Assembly (NCBI GenBank): GCA_964016885.1 | Contig: CAXHJY010000428.1 | Location: 1 to 64,000, forward strand | Length of the DNA stretch: 64,000 bases | DNA from: Eledone cirrhosa | Taxonomy: Eukaryota | Direction: 5' to 3' | Part shown: in pieces, positions 1 to 12,490 of the stretch | Layout: every line of letters begins with the position of its first letter | Numbering within the stretch: position 1 is the stretch's first letter | Translations under genes and position numbers: made by a program | Notes under the pieces: model-generated | What the model was told of the DNA's origin: nothing | Databases searched by the model: none | The model's input: only the letters and a program-made list of their open reading frames with translations

Positions 1-844
1 CATTTTCACACATGCATACATGCGTTCTATATAGTATATTCTAATTTATTCTTAACACCATTTCCGACTCCACCACCACCACCACCACTACTATTTTATA
101 TTTTTCTCTATCCTTCCCTTTCTCGTCCTCTCTCCAATTTATATCATTCAAGAAAATAAGAAACTCCATTAAACTCCGGCATGTTGCTTATTAGAATTCG
201 TAAACGATAACTGATTTTATACAAAAATATCTACACAAAAAAAAGAGAGCAATAATATCTTGACAAAATATTCCCCAATTTTTATTTTCTATTTTGGTAA
301 ATCGAATTCTTGTAATTTCTTCCATTATTTTTCTGTTATTTCTTTATCTTTTTTCTTCGTTTTTTCTTCTTCCATTTTTCCCCTGATTTTCTCAAACAAT
401 TTTCTTCATTTAGAGACATTGGAAATCTTCTGCTCCGTCACACACAGTAAAATATAATATTTAACAACACGCCATAGTATATCGTCTGCTTCCATTGAAA
501 TTTGTGTATTTTATACCGAGCAGGTTTAGTAATTTACTTTCTAATTCTCCTCCTTTCGTGTGTTTAGAAGTAGACAGAGGTAAACAATGAATAACAACTA
601 TTACAAATTATATATTGAAATTATATATTGAAATTATATATTGAAATTATTTATGCGTTTTTATAAACAGGTGAAAATATACGAACCTAAAATATCGAAT
701 GTTGTAAAATCTGGTAAAAGAAAGTATGCTGGTGGTATGTAACGGTGTGAACGTAGAGGTATATCTTTCTGTCTGTCAGTCTGTCTATGTATCTGCTAGC
801 CTGTTTGCCTGTCTGGGTACCTATCTGTCTGCCTGTCTATCTGT

Positions 845-956
845 TTGTATGTCTGCCTGTATGTATGTATGTATGTATGTATGTATGTATGTATGTATGT
901 ATGTATGTATGTATGTATGTATGTATGTCTGCCTGTATGTATGTATGTATGTATGT
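845..956 (+). repeat. (TATG)n microsatellite directly 5' of the RTE LINE
   Basis: Direct reading of tandem TATG with short TCTG/CCTG interruptions. Confidence 0.95.
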
Positions 957-1962
957 AATTTTGGGTGCTGGAATGTGCGTACTTTACTTGATATTGAAAC
1001 AAATGTACAGCGACATGAAAGAAGATCGGTATTGGTTGCCAAGGAGCTCAGGCGTTATGATATGGATGCTGTGGCCCTCTAAGAAACTCGACTTCATGGT
1101 GAGGGCCATTTCACAGAGAAATCCGGTGGATATACGTTTTCTGGAGGGGAAGGAAGGAGGGGAGGAGGGAAGCTGGTGTCGCTTTTGCCATAAAAACAGT
1201 TATAACAAACCATCTTCAGGAGCTGCCGACAGGCGTTAGTGACAGACTGATCTCTGTGAGAGTTCCTCTAGAGGGTGGAAGATATGCAACCGTGATTGGT
1301 GCTTATGCATCAACTATGGAATGCATTGATGAAGCAAAGCAGGCTTTTTATGACGAATTAAAGTCTCTTGTCTGGAAAGTGCCTGCAGCAGACAAAATTT
1401 TCATTTTTGGAGATTTTAATGATCGGGTGGGCCGTGATTGTGAGACCTGGAGAGCTCTGGGCAAGCATGGAGTCGGAAAGTGCAATGGCAATGGACTCTT
1501 GTTATTGCAAATGTGCACTGAGCTGGACTTGTACATTGGCAGCACTATGTTCCAACAGAAGGGCAAATACAAGACATGGATGCATCCTGGATCGAAACAG
1601 TGGCACCTGATTGATTATGTCCTTGTGAGGCGGCGGGATGTACAGGATCTGTGCAGTGTTTGTGTGATGCGTGGGGCAGAGTGTTGGACCGACCATCGTC
1701 TGGTGAGAGCAACAGCAAGATGTGTAGTTCGTAAAAGGGAGAAACGGCGAGGGGTATCACTTCCGAAACGGCTGAACGTTGCCCGTCTGAAGGATCCTGA
1801 AGTCGGAGAAAATCTGGTTAAAAAGATGGATGCGTTAGAGTGCGGAAATGACAGGACTTCCTTTAAGGAGGCAGTTTATAGGCATGAGCTAATGCTGTTG
1901 GATTCACGGATAAGAAGCATCAGGATTGGTTTGACCAAAATGACAAGCTTATAGACAAGCTT

Positions 1963-3855
1963 TTGGAGGAGAAACATATGCTCCACTCCTCATTGCTTGG
2001 TAGTGATTTAAGCACCGATCGGCAGAAGGCAATCGCTGATAAGCTGAAGCTCGTAAAAGCTGATGTGCAACGAAAATTGCGTGAAATGAAGAATAAGTGG
2101 TGGAATGACAAAGCCGATAAAATACAACTTGCGTCGGATGTGAAGGACGTTAAGGCAATGTATAATCTTCTTCGTAAAGTGTATGGACCACCTACATCAC
2201 CAGTTGCGCCTCTTAGGACAAAGGATAGCAATCAGCTCCTTAGAGATCCCAATGATATCCTGTTGAGATGGCGGGAACACTTTGACGAGCTTCTCAATAG
2301 GGATTCAGAGGTTGACGAAGAGTTTATCAGGTCCATACCTGATAAGCCAGTAAAGGAAATCCTTTCTGAGCCTCCAACGATCGAGGAGGTTAAAAGTGCT
2401 GTCAGGAAACTCAATGGTGGGAAGTCGCCTGGATTGGATGGGCTGTATGCTGAGATCTTGAAACACGGTGGAGAGAATCTCTTGCACCGACTTCATTCTT
2501 TGGTTCTGGATGCCTGGAACAACAATCATGTTCCCGATGACTGGAAGGATTCTGCGATGGTTGTTTTGTACAAGAGAACGGGAGACAGGGATAACTGTGG
2601 AAACTATCGTGGGATATCACTGTTGTCTGTTGTCGGCAAACTTCTCTGTAGAATTCTGTTCGACCGTTTGTTGCTCCACATTGCTGATGAAGCTCTACCA
2701 GAGTCGCAATCGGGCTTTCGGGCTGGGCGTGGCACTGTGGACATGATCTTTACAGCCAGACAACTGCAGGAAAAGTGTGTTGAGCAGAATGTGGATCTCT
2801 ACCAGGTGTTTGTTGATCTGACAAAGGCGTTTGACACGGTCAACAGAAGGGCTTTATGGGATATCTTGGGGAAGCTGGGGTGCCCTGAGAACTTTGTTTC
2901 CATTTTGCGTTTGTTTCATGATGACATGAAGGCATGGGTAAATGTTGGTGGAAAGCTCTCTGAGCCGGTGACGGTCGAGAATGGAGTCAAACAGGGTGAC
3001 ATTCCAGCTCCAACGCTCTTTGCTTTGTACTTCTCCATTGTCTTCGAACAGGCCTTCAGGAACTGCAATCATGGTATATATGTTCGCTATCGATCAACTG
3101 GAAAGCTGTTTAATATCAGGAGGTTCAATGCTAAGTCAAAGGTTCACTTGTCACTAATCAGGGATTTGCTTTATGCAGATGACTGTAACCTGGTAGCGCA
3201 CACGGAGATTGATATGCAGCATCTCATGGATGCATTTTCTAATGCGTATACTGCATTGGGACTTACCATAAGCCTGAAAAAGACAGTAGCCATGTACCAA
3301 CCAGCCCCTGGGAAGCCATGTTGTGAGCCCAACATCTTGGTTTATGGTGAAAGGCTAAGGGTCGTTGGCAGTTTTGTATATCTTGGAAGCACTCTGAGTA
3401 TGTCCTGCGATCTTGATGGGGAAGTATCAAACAGGATACAGAAAGCCAGTGATGCTTTTGGAAAACTGAACAAGCGTCTCTGGTCTCAACACGTAATGTC
3501 GGTCAAAACAAAGCTCAAAGTGTATCATGCGGGCGTGCTCACGGCACTTCTTTATGCTTGTGAGACGTGGGTGGTCTACTGTAGACAGATGAAGCGACTT
3601 GAGAGGTTCCACCAGTACTGCTTATGTCGGATCCTCGGCATAACTTGGCAAATGTTTGTCAGTGATGTCGAGGTTCTGGATAGAAGTGGCTGTGATAGTG
3701 TCGAGTCCTTGATTTTGAAACATCAGCAGCGCTGGACAGGCCATCTTGTTAGGATGAATGACAAGCGAATGCCGAAGCAGCTGCTTTATGGCGAGCTCCA
3801 AATGGGAAAAAGGAACGTTTTAAGGACTGCATCAAGGGGCGCTCAAGAAAAGTAA
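1963..3855 (+). pseudogene. Reverse transcriptase segment of the RTE LINE ORF (630 aa open, frameshifted at both ends)
   Basis: Non-LTR RT motifs including LLYADD, FVYLGSTLS and LLYACETW. Confidence 0.93.
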
Positions 3856-3913
3856 CATCCCCTGTAAGCACTGGGAAGCATGCGCTAGCGACCGATCGCA
3901 TTGGAGGAAAGCA

Positions 3914-4330
3914 ATGGCTAGTTGCAAGAGTCTATTTGAGGAAACAAGAAGAAGGAACGCAACACTAAAAAGAGATGTCCGGAAAGGAATCCATGTTGGC
4001 CTTCCCGAAGGCACTGACAGACCGCCTGACCTGACATGTGAGACCTGTAATAGGGTTTGTCTGAGCATGGCAGGTCTAAAGAGTCACCTGAGAGCGCACA
4101 AGAACAGGGAAGCAGGCACCTGTGGAGCTATAAGTGTTCATCAGACGACGACATGTAATGTTTGTGGAAGGGTATGCAGGTCGAGTAGTGATCTCACACG
4201 ACACCTTGAGTCACATGGTGCCATGGGCCCAGCACTAGGTGTCAATAATTGTCACGAGTGTAGTGTTTGTACCAGAGTTTTCAAGTCGCTGGCTGGACTA
4301 AAAAGTCACACTTGTTCAGCGCATCGGTAG
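3914..4330 (+). pseudogene. C-terminal triple C2H2 zinc-finger segment of the RTE ORF
   Basis: CETCNRVCLSMAGLKSHLRAH; CNVCGRVCRSSSDLTRHLESH; CSVCTRVFKSLAGLKSHTCSAH. Confidence 0.9.
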
Positions 4331-4392
4331 GGGTTCTCCTGCATGGATATAAAGAAGTGGCCGTACTCGAAAACGAGTTGGCAGCCACCATA

Positions 4393-4428
<36 letters not shown>

Positions 4429-4499
4429 TGTATGTATGTATGTATGTATGTATGGGCAGAAGAACTCATAAGAGCCAACGGCCATCCAAGAATGTGTAA

Positions 4500-4530
<31 letters not shown>

Positions 4531-4543
4531 TGTATGTATGTAT

Positions 4544-5136
4544 GTGCTACTGGTAACATGTATCCCAGTACAACCTGTCTCATGGTCGGGTCGTTGGCGA
4601 CTAAACTGGCAACCCCACCAAGGTTTCTTGGTGAGGAGGGTGACTTTGGACATCCTGCAGGACTAAAAACAAAACCTGTCAAAGGGCAAAGGAGCTCTTA
4701 ATAGTCAATGACCATCCAAAATCACCGGGGGAGATGACCCCATAGCCTTTGTCAAGGCAGAATTCTGGGAGAAGGAAAACTCTGATATAACACCTGCAAC
4801 CCTGATGGTATCCAATGATGTTGACTTGTTCTTCTTTTTGGTACATATCATCTTGGTTAAGAGAGTGGGACTGGCTTTGTGCAGTGCCTTTGCTCACTAT
4901 AAAAGCTTCACGGCACAGACATTGCTTTATATCTGGAGATCTCTCTGCACTTGTCGTCAGATGGTACCATGGGCCCAGCACTATGTGTCAATAATTGTCA
5001 AAAGTGTAGTGTTTGTACCAGAGTTTTCAAATCGCTGTCTGGACTGAAAAGTCACACTCGTTCAGCGCATCCGTAGGGGTTCTCCTACATGGATATAAAG
5101 TAGTGGCCGTACTCGAAAACGAGTTGGCAGCCACCA
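4544..5136 (+). mobile_element. Non-autonomous bipartite RTE derivative, copy 1 (about 400-nt head + about 200-nt LINE 3' end)
   Basis: 4938-5136 aligns by eye with LINE 4190-4390. The head carries GGAGAAGGAAAACTCTGA, a motif I recognise from RTE 5' UTRs. (TATG)n lies on both sides. Confidence 0.85.
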
Positions 5137-5186
5137 TGTATGTATGTATGTATGTATGTATGTATGTATGTATGTATGTATGTATG

Positions 5187-5795
5187 TCAGGTCACCAGTT
5201 GGTGCTACTGGTAACATGTATCCCAGTACAACCTGTCTCTTGATCGGGTCGTTGGCGACTAAACTGGCAACCCCACCAAGGTTTCTTGGTGAGGAAGGTG
5301 ACTTTGGACATCCTGCAGGACTAAAAACAAAACCTGTCAAAGGGCAAAGGAGCTCTTAAGAGTCAATGGCCATCCAAAATCACCGGGAGAGATGACCCCT
5401 TAGCCTTTGTCAAGGCAGAATTCTATGAGAAGGAAAACTCTGATATAGCGCCTGCAACCCTGATGGGTATCCAATGATGTTGACTTGTTCTTCTTTTTGG
5501 TAAATATCATCTAGGTTAAGAGAGTGGGACTGGCTTTGTGCAGTGCCTTTGCTCACTATAAAAGCTTCACGGCACAGGCATTGCATTTATATCTGGAGAT
5601 CTCTCTGCACTTGTCATCACAGGGTACAATGGGCCCAGCACTATGGGTCAGTAATTGTCACAAGTGTAGTGTTTGTACCAGAGTTTTCAAGTCGCTGGCT
5701 GGACTAAAATGTCGCACTCGTTCAGCGCATCAGTAGGGGTTCTCCTACATGGATATAAAGTAGTGGCCGTACTCGAAAACGAGTTGGCAGCCACT
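5187..5795 (+). mobile_element. Non-autonomous bipartite RTE derivative, copy 2
   Basis: Colinear with 4544-5136, with a slightly longer 5' end (CAGGTCACCAGTTGGTG), the same tail and (TATG)n. Confidence 0.85.
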
Positions 5796-5884
5796 ATGTA
5801 TGTATGTGTATGCATATGTATGTATTTGCACGGGGACATAGAAATAATCGGGCTGGATATCCGATCGCGCGGTTAAACCACTGG

Positions 5885-6105
5885 AAGTGAAGGACCCCTA
5901 GCCTTTGTCAGGGCATTCTTCTAGGAGAAGGCAACTCAAGAAACTGGGATGACTCCGATACAAAACCTGCAGCTCAGTAGTTACCGATGATGTTGATCTT
6001 TTCTTCTTTTCGGGTTATAGCTACTGTCGCTCAGAGAGTGGGATTGGCTCAGTGCACAGTCTTCCCTCACTTTAAAAAATATCTTCACGCACAGGCATTG
6101 CACGA
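5885..6105 (+). mobile_element. Diverged relative of the RTE-derivative head, without tail
   Basis: GACCCCTAGCCTTTGTCAGGGCA, CTAGGAGAAGGCAACTC, GATGATGTTGA, GAGAGTGGGA and GCACAGGCATTGC occur in the same order as in copies 1 and 2. Confidence 0.7.
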
Positions 6106-6129
6106 TTGCATTAATTGATCATTATTAAT

Positions 6130-6308
6130 AATTGTTTCTACTTTCGGTACAAGGCCAACAATTACCCAGTGCATTACTGGCACTTTATTTATTGACCCCG
6201 TAAGGATGAAAGCAAAGTTAACCTCGGCGGGATTTGAACTCAGAATGGCAAGGGCCGTAACTCTATGCGTCAAAGCATGGCGTCAGACCCTCTACCAATA
6301 CTGCCAAT
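6130..6308 (-). mobile_element. tRNA-type SINE
   Basis: The minus strand has B-box-like GAGTTCAAATCC. A very similar copy lies at 58318-58482. Confidence 0.75.
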
Positions 6309-6363
6309 AATAATGTTATATCGTGCAATGGCTATACTCGATAAAGAGGGGCAGCCATCATCA

Positions 6364-6518
<155 letters not shown>

Positions 6519-6890
6519 AGGAGGTGGGGAATGTTTATATGTAGAGGTTTTATCAGAAAGTTTTCGAAGTGCAGATGCTGTGTTTGTACTGTTCAATGGA
6601 AATTCCTGCACAGCTAACGTTCATTGGGAGTCAGCCTACCCAGTCACTCTAGAAATAGTCTTCATACTATCTACACGTATTTAATTATTACGCGAGAATA
6701 TGTATAGTTATGTTAGTATGGCTCTGTGGTTTTACGATGGTTTTATATTTTGAGCAACGTACCTGTATCAATGTTTTGCATGAAGCTTAGAAAATCTACT
6801 ATGGAAACCATCAAAAGTCTTCTGGTAAACATTCTTAAGGTCGAACACAGGTATTTGAAAAATCAGCCATAATAATACACCACGTGTGTT

Positions 6891-7462
<572 letters not shown>

Positions 7463-7591
7463 TACCAAAATATACGGTAGTGTCCAATCCGTATGAAGAA
7501 CTCAATGTAATCCAAATATCATGAAAAGAGAAGATGTATTCAAAAAATTTTTTAGATGAAAATCACAGGAAAACAGAGCCAAGATAAATTG

Positions 7592-7845
7592 ATAAAAACA
7601 ATGAATAAAGATAAAGAAACAGTTCCTTATATTAAAAAATTCATCATTTTACGATCGTTTCTAGGATATATATGTGTGTTGGTATGTATATCATATAGAT
7701 CTATGTAAAAATTTTACAAACTATCAGAGGGAATATACATACCTACACATATATATGCTGTCTTCAGAAATAATCGTAAACGATCGTAAAATGATGCATT
7801 TTTTAATATAAGGAACTGTTTCTTTGTTTTTATTCATTGTTTTTA

Positions 7846-7846
<1 letters not shown>
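7592..7846. repeat. Imperfect inverted repeat (arms about 7592-7660 and 7778-7846)
   Basis: AAAAACAATGAATAAA..CATTTTACGATCGTTT and its reverse complement. Confidence 0.85.
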
Positions 7847-7877
<31 letters not shown>

Positions 7878-8513
7878 CTTCCATCTGTAACTCTTTCCAA
7901 TTTTACACACACAAACATCATGATAGCAAGAAGTTTACTTTCTAGTCAAAAGGTCCTAGGTTCTAACCTTACATTTTCCCTGTAAATAGTTATTTTCTCA
8001 AGTAACTCACACATTTAATCCTATATGTCATTTTTACAACATATATGTTGAACATTTAGGTACTCTTTAGTTCCAAAAAACAGTGGGGAGGAATCGGTAT
8101 TTTTTCTAGGTTGTCTCCTTAATTTAAAAAAAACAAACAGAATTAGTCATTTAGTTTACATATTGAGACATCCAACCCATTCTATTTATTTTATAACATA
8201 TGAGATTTCTTGTAATGATCTTTTTTGTCATGTATAATGTTTTTTAATGTCTAAAGAAAACTAATTATTGCAGGAAAAGCTCTCTTTTAAAATAAAATTT
8301 CGCCAGAGATAGATTACCAAACTCTGGAACTAGCTGTTGAAATGGCAAGAGCTCAGCCGTCGGGGTCCTCACTCTTTCATTCATATATATATATATATGC
8401 ACACACATACGTGTGTGTGTGTCTGTGTAAACATGTATATTTGCGCGCATTTGTATGTATGCATACACACGTACAGATGCATACACGCATGTGCACACAT
8501 ACACACATATACA

Positions 8514-8570
<57 letters not shown>

Positions 8571-8655
8571 ACAGACAAATGTTTTGACTATGCAACTAAA
8601 CATAACAGATTGGTTATGTCACTGAATCTGTCGGACTATCGTCCTACCCCCACCT

Positions 8656-8656
8656 C

Positions 8657-8689
<33 letters not shown>

Positions 8690-8718
8690 TTACTACTACT
8701 ACCACCACCACCACCACC

Positions 8719-8756
<38 letters not shown>
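8656..8756. repeat. Compound (TAC)n/(CAC)n microsatellite
   Basis: Direct reading. Confidence 0.95.
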
Positions 8757-8758
<2 letters not shown>

Positions 8759-8926
8759 GAATATATTTGCATGCATCTGTCAGTGTACGTTTGTCCGTAC
8801 AAACACTCACACGCTCAAAAATATATGGAGCTACGCCTATATGTATACATAATTCCCACACTTATTCATACACACACACACACACACACACATGTATGTA
8901 TGTATGTATGTATGTATGTATGTATG

Positions 8927-8957
<31 letters not shown>

Positions 8958-8975
8958 GTATGTATGTATGTATGT

Positions 8976-9660
8976 TATCTCTTTCTCTTAATTTCGAGTA
9001 TATTTTTTTTGACCGGCCACCTTCCTGGTGGCAAGGTTGTAAAAGAAAAGAAATTGTCATCATTTGAATCGCAAGAATGTTTTGCAAAATTTGAAGGTGC
9101 CAGCTATCGCAGTCATTTGTAGACTATGAATTAGGGAGCTGCGCTTTTTGTCCGCAAATCCAAGTTCAGTCATACTTTGGTCCAAGCGGGTTGGTATATA
9201 ACCCGTAGCTCCAATAATGATGGGTATGAAGCTAAAGGTGTATCTTGGATACTGGATTTGTAAACTCCTCATCAATGGTCCGTAGATGTCCTCCTTCTCC
9301 TGTATTTTTCTGACAACGTTTACATCAAGTGGGCAGCTGATCTCCACAACAGAACACGTTTTCAATGTGTGGTCCCAAACAACAATATCAGGCCGGTTGT
9401 GCTTTAATTTGGTGGCAGTTTTTATTTTCAGGTTCCACCAGTATTCCTTAGTGCCATCTGTCTCAATATATTCTTCCTCGCTTGTTGTTAATTTTTTTTT
9501 CCGAAGTGCGTTCCAGATGGTTCTAGCTATCCCATCGTGTCTCATGGGGAGGTAGTAGCGAGATGACATTCTTTCGCAGCTGGCAACAATGTGGCTTACA
9601 TCCTCGATCTTTGTTTTACATAGCCTACATTTATTGTCAGCTGCTGGCCCTCCTCTTTTG
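8976..9660 (-). mobile_element. 5'-truncated R4/Dong-like non-LTR element (restriction-like endonuclease end), copy A
   Basis: ORF 9060-9569: MSSRYYLPMRHD..NRPDIVVWD..CSVVEISCPLD..KEDIY..PIIIGATG. The preceding sequence encodes a C..C..H..C knuckle. (TATG)n lies on both flanks. Confidence 0.85.
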
Positions 9661-9736
9661 TATGTATGTATGTATGTATGTATGTATGTATGTGTGTATG
9701 TATGTATGTATGTATGTATGTATGTATGTATGTATG

Positions 9737-11200
9737 TTCTTCTGGTTTTATAATTTCACAAAGTTTTACCAATAGAGAGAGAGTCGGTTTCTAACACAGA
9801 CACAAGACTCTCTCATTGGAATTTACACAACATCAACTCGGTAGAATATGTATGCATGCATGTGTAGATATGGATGTTATTGTATGTGTGAATGTGTATG
9901 TTTTGAGTTGTATGTGTGCATGTGTATATGCTTTGCATCTGTACATGTGTATATACAGTTATTAGATGCAACATTTTTGGAATGTTCTACATATTTTTAC
10001 TGTTCCATTAATGGATTGTACTTGTAATTTCCTAATTAGTTGTGTTCTTTCTGTTCCTGTGAAGCCTAGCTTCTCAAGATTTGTATTGAGGCAGTTACTA
10101 ACATACCCCAGTGCCTCAATAATCACAGGCATAAATCTGAAGGTGTAATCAGGGTGGAGTATCTGCAGATTTCTCATCAGTTCTGCATAAATATTCTCCT
10201 TTTCACTAATCTTTGATATTATATTGGCATCTGCTGGGCAGCTAATTTCCACTACTGTGCACGTTTTCTTCTCCCTGTCCAATATCATAATATCTGGTCT
10301 GTTACGCCTGCATTTTATTGGGGTTTTTACTGGAACATTCTACCAGTACTCTTTCATATTATGTACATGGATGTCTTCCACCTTGTTGTAGCTTTTAATG
10401 TGTTTATTATCGGGGCTATCTTTTTTATGAACTGCATTGTACAGTGTTTTGGCCACTACATCATGCCTCATAGGTAGATCGTACCGCGATGACATCTTTG
10501 GACAGCTGCTGTTGACATGGGTGATATCCTCGATGTTAATTCTGCAGAGTCTGCACTTGTTATCACATCTAGGTGTTTTGCCTGCATCCCTATCTCTTTT
10601 GTGAATCAGGTATTTCGTGTTAATCTCCCGTTCTTGGATTGCCAAAGCGCATCCTTCAAATTGGGAGCCAATATAGCGGTTGTTGGTCCAAGATAGACTA
10701 CTTTCCTTATCTATATTACTCTCACTCTGGAGCTTCCTGGCAACATATCCATGCATGATTTTTTGCTGATAAGCATGCAGTTTTTCATCCATGGATTCAC
10801 TGCGATACTGCTGAGCGACTTCCCTGGGTGTGAGTTTTTGATTATCACACAGGGAATATCTCTCGAGGAGTTCCTTCCCAACTCTCATGATCTTATCGGT
10901 TTCATGCAGATAGACTTGCTCGAGAAACGGGCTCCTACGCTTCGAGGTTCGTAGATGCCTCTGCCTCCCTGCTTACGTTTCAAGTAAAGGCGGTCTATGT
11001 CACTGTTGATGTGGAAGTTTCCGGTGTTGTTCAGTATTTTTTGAGTTCCAACATCAACTGCTCGGATTTCGTCTATCGTCCAATTGAATATTCCAAACGT
11101 TGGTATTAGGACAGGCACAGCAAACACATTGTGAGCCACTGTTTTGTTTTGCGCAGAGAGTTCCGATGACCAGATCTTTCTTAATCGGGTGTAGTATTTC
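9737..11200 (-). mobile_element. 5'-truncated, degraded R4/Dong-like non-LTR element, copy B
   Basis: AHNVFAVPVL..DIDRLYLKRKQGGRG, MHG, AIQE, CRLC..EDITHVNSSC, RHD, RPDI and VVEISCP, spread over frameshifted ORFs 9962-11139. The 3' limit is inferred from the start of the microsatellite. Confidence 0.85.
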
Positions 11201-11218
11201 CTGGTTAAAAGTAGTGTT

Positions 11219-11259
11219 AAAAGTAGTGGCCGTATTCGAAAACGAGTTGGCAGCCACCA
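11219..11259 (+). mobile_element. About 40-bp extreme 3' fragment of the RTE family
   Basis: AAAGTAGTGGCCGTATTCGAAAACGAGTTGGCAGCCACCA + TGTATG matches the tails ending at 4390, 5136 and 5795. Confidence 0.85.
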
Positions 11260-12139
11260 TGTATGTATGTATTATGTGTGTATGTGCGTGCGTGTGTATG
11301 TCTCTGTGTGTGTATGTGTGTAGGCATCATTGGATACACGATTATACCAGTCAGTTATTATAATGTTTTTTGTACAGACTTTTCGATAATTCCAACTTAA
11401 GTCCTATTTATATTATATTCGGAACCTCTAATTCCCTAAAGTTATCGAGGTTCCAAGAACTTCAAGCTCTTATCTTCAGTTTCTCATTCGTTATCATCGG
11501 ATTTTATATTATCTGACACTTGACGTATACACACTCCAATCACAATTATCTTGTCTTATCCGTTCTACGTTGTACACTGGAAGTCTCCCGCGACTTTCGC
11601 TGTTTGATATTACACCATTTTCAACATACACGGTCAGAAAATATTTTTAAAGAATTATAGAAAAAAATGAGAAATATCCTCACCGTCACTCCTCACTCCT
11701 CGTTGAAATTAATCGACCCGCATCTTATGCGGTTTAAAGCATTTTGCTTTCGAACACAAGCGGCCAGAAAATATTTTTTTTTTACTTTAAAAGAAAAGCT
11801 GAAGAACTTCTGAAAAGATGCGGCCTTTGAATAATGTGAGTGTGTCTCTTGTGTTGGTCTCTTGTGTTGGTCTCTTGTGTTGGTGGTGGGAAGAATTCAC
11901 GAACATAATGCTCGCCAACTGTATTTTGTCCAAATCCTGCTGAGGTCAATATATGTATAGAGGAGTATTTGGTGTTATTTGAGCTTTCTCCACACCACAT
12001 CAGAACTTATTGCAATCAAGTAAGGCGAGGCGGTTTACGCGACCTTCAACAAGTGCGGCCTCCACTCTGCGGACGTCCTCAATGCAAATAGAATGCAATC
12101 CTATGTGGCAAGGGTTCGTTGGGAGAGCCATGTCTGCTT

Positions 12140-12490
12140 GCTTGACAAGCTACGTCTTGCATGTTTCCGTTCTGCCACTCAACCCAATAGAGGTATCAGG
12201 ATGAACGCCGTACACTCACTACTAACCGATACTTTGCTTGACAGCAATAGTCTCCGCATCGGTGTTTCTCTGAGACATGGCCTCTAGATCTGAGAATAAC
12301 ACAAACGCCGTTGTAGATTCACAGTGGATGCTTTCTGCCTTCACTGAATGTCATGTCGTTCTCAATGAGATCATTAACCATGACTCGGACGCCACTAGCT
12401 TCCCTTCGCGACTCGGGGCGGTGGGGTTTGACCGAGAGGACAGCAGAGAGCCAGATGCCATCATGATTTACTTGTTCCACGATAGTAATC
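12140..12490 (+). mobile_element. CRE-clade non-LTR relic (knuckle and restriction-like endonuclease region)
   Basis: TLLDSNSLRIGVSLRHGL..HKRRC..VD, then HVVLNEII..FPSRLGAVGFDREDSREPD. Homologous by eye to the minus-strand relic at 57070-57540. Confidence 0.65.

Larger units (their letters stand above)
957..4390 (+). mobile_element. RTE-clade (BovB-like) LINE, almost full coding length, disrupted; APE endonuclease + RT + three C2H2 zinc fingers
   Basis: GCWNVRTL..ELRRYDMDAVAL*ETR, GDFND, LIDYVLVR and TDHRLV are APE motifs. ORF 1963-3855 has NYRGISLLS, QSGFR, FVDLTKAFDTV, GVKQG and YADD. ORF 3914-4330 has three CxxC..H fingers. The element ends GAGTTGGCAGCCACCA followed by (TATG)n. There is a stop at 1080-1082 and several frameshifts. 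Confidence 0.95.

Noticed and set aside
606-650. 13-bp tandem repeat AAATTATATATTG x3 as a regulatory array
   Set aside because: It is a short AT-rich duplication with no supporting context.
3914-4330. Independent host C2H2 zinc-finger gene
   Set aside because: It is contiguous with the RT through a frameshift and followed by the LINE tail. It lacks TGEKP linkers.
5187-5275. HDV-like ribozyme at the head of the RTE derivative
   Set aside because: GACTAA resembles a J4/2 strand, but I could not build a consistent P1/P1.1/P3. It is retained only as an unclassified structure.
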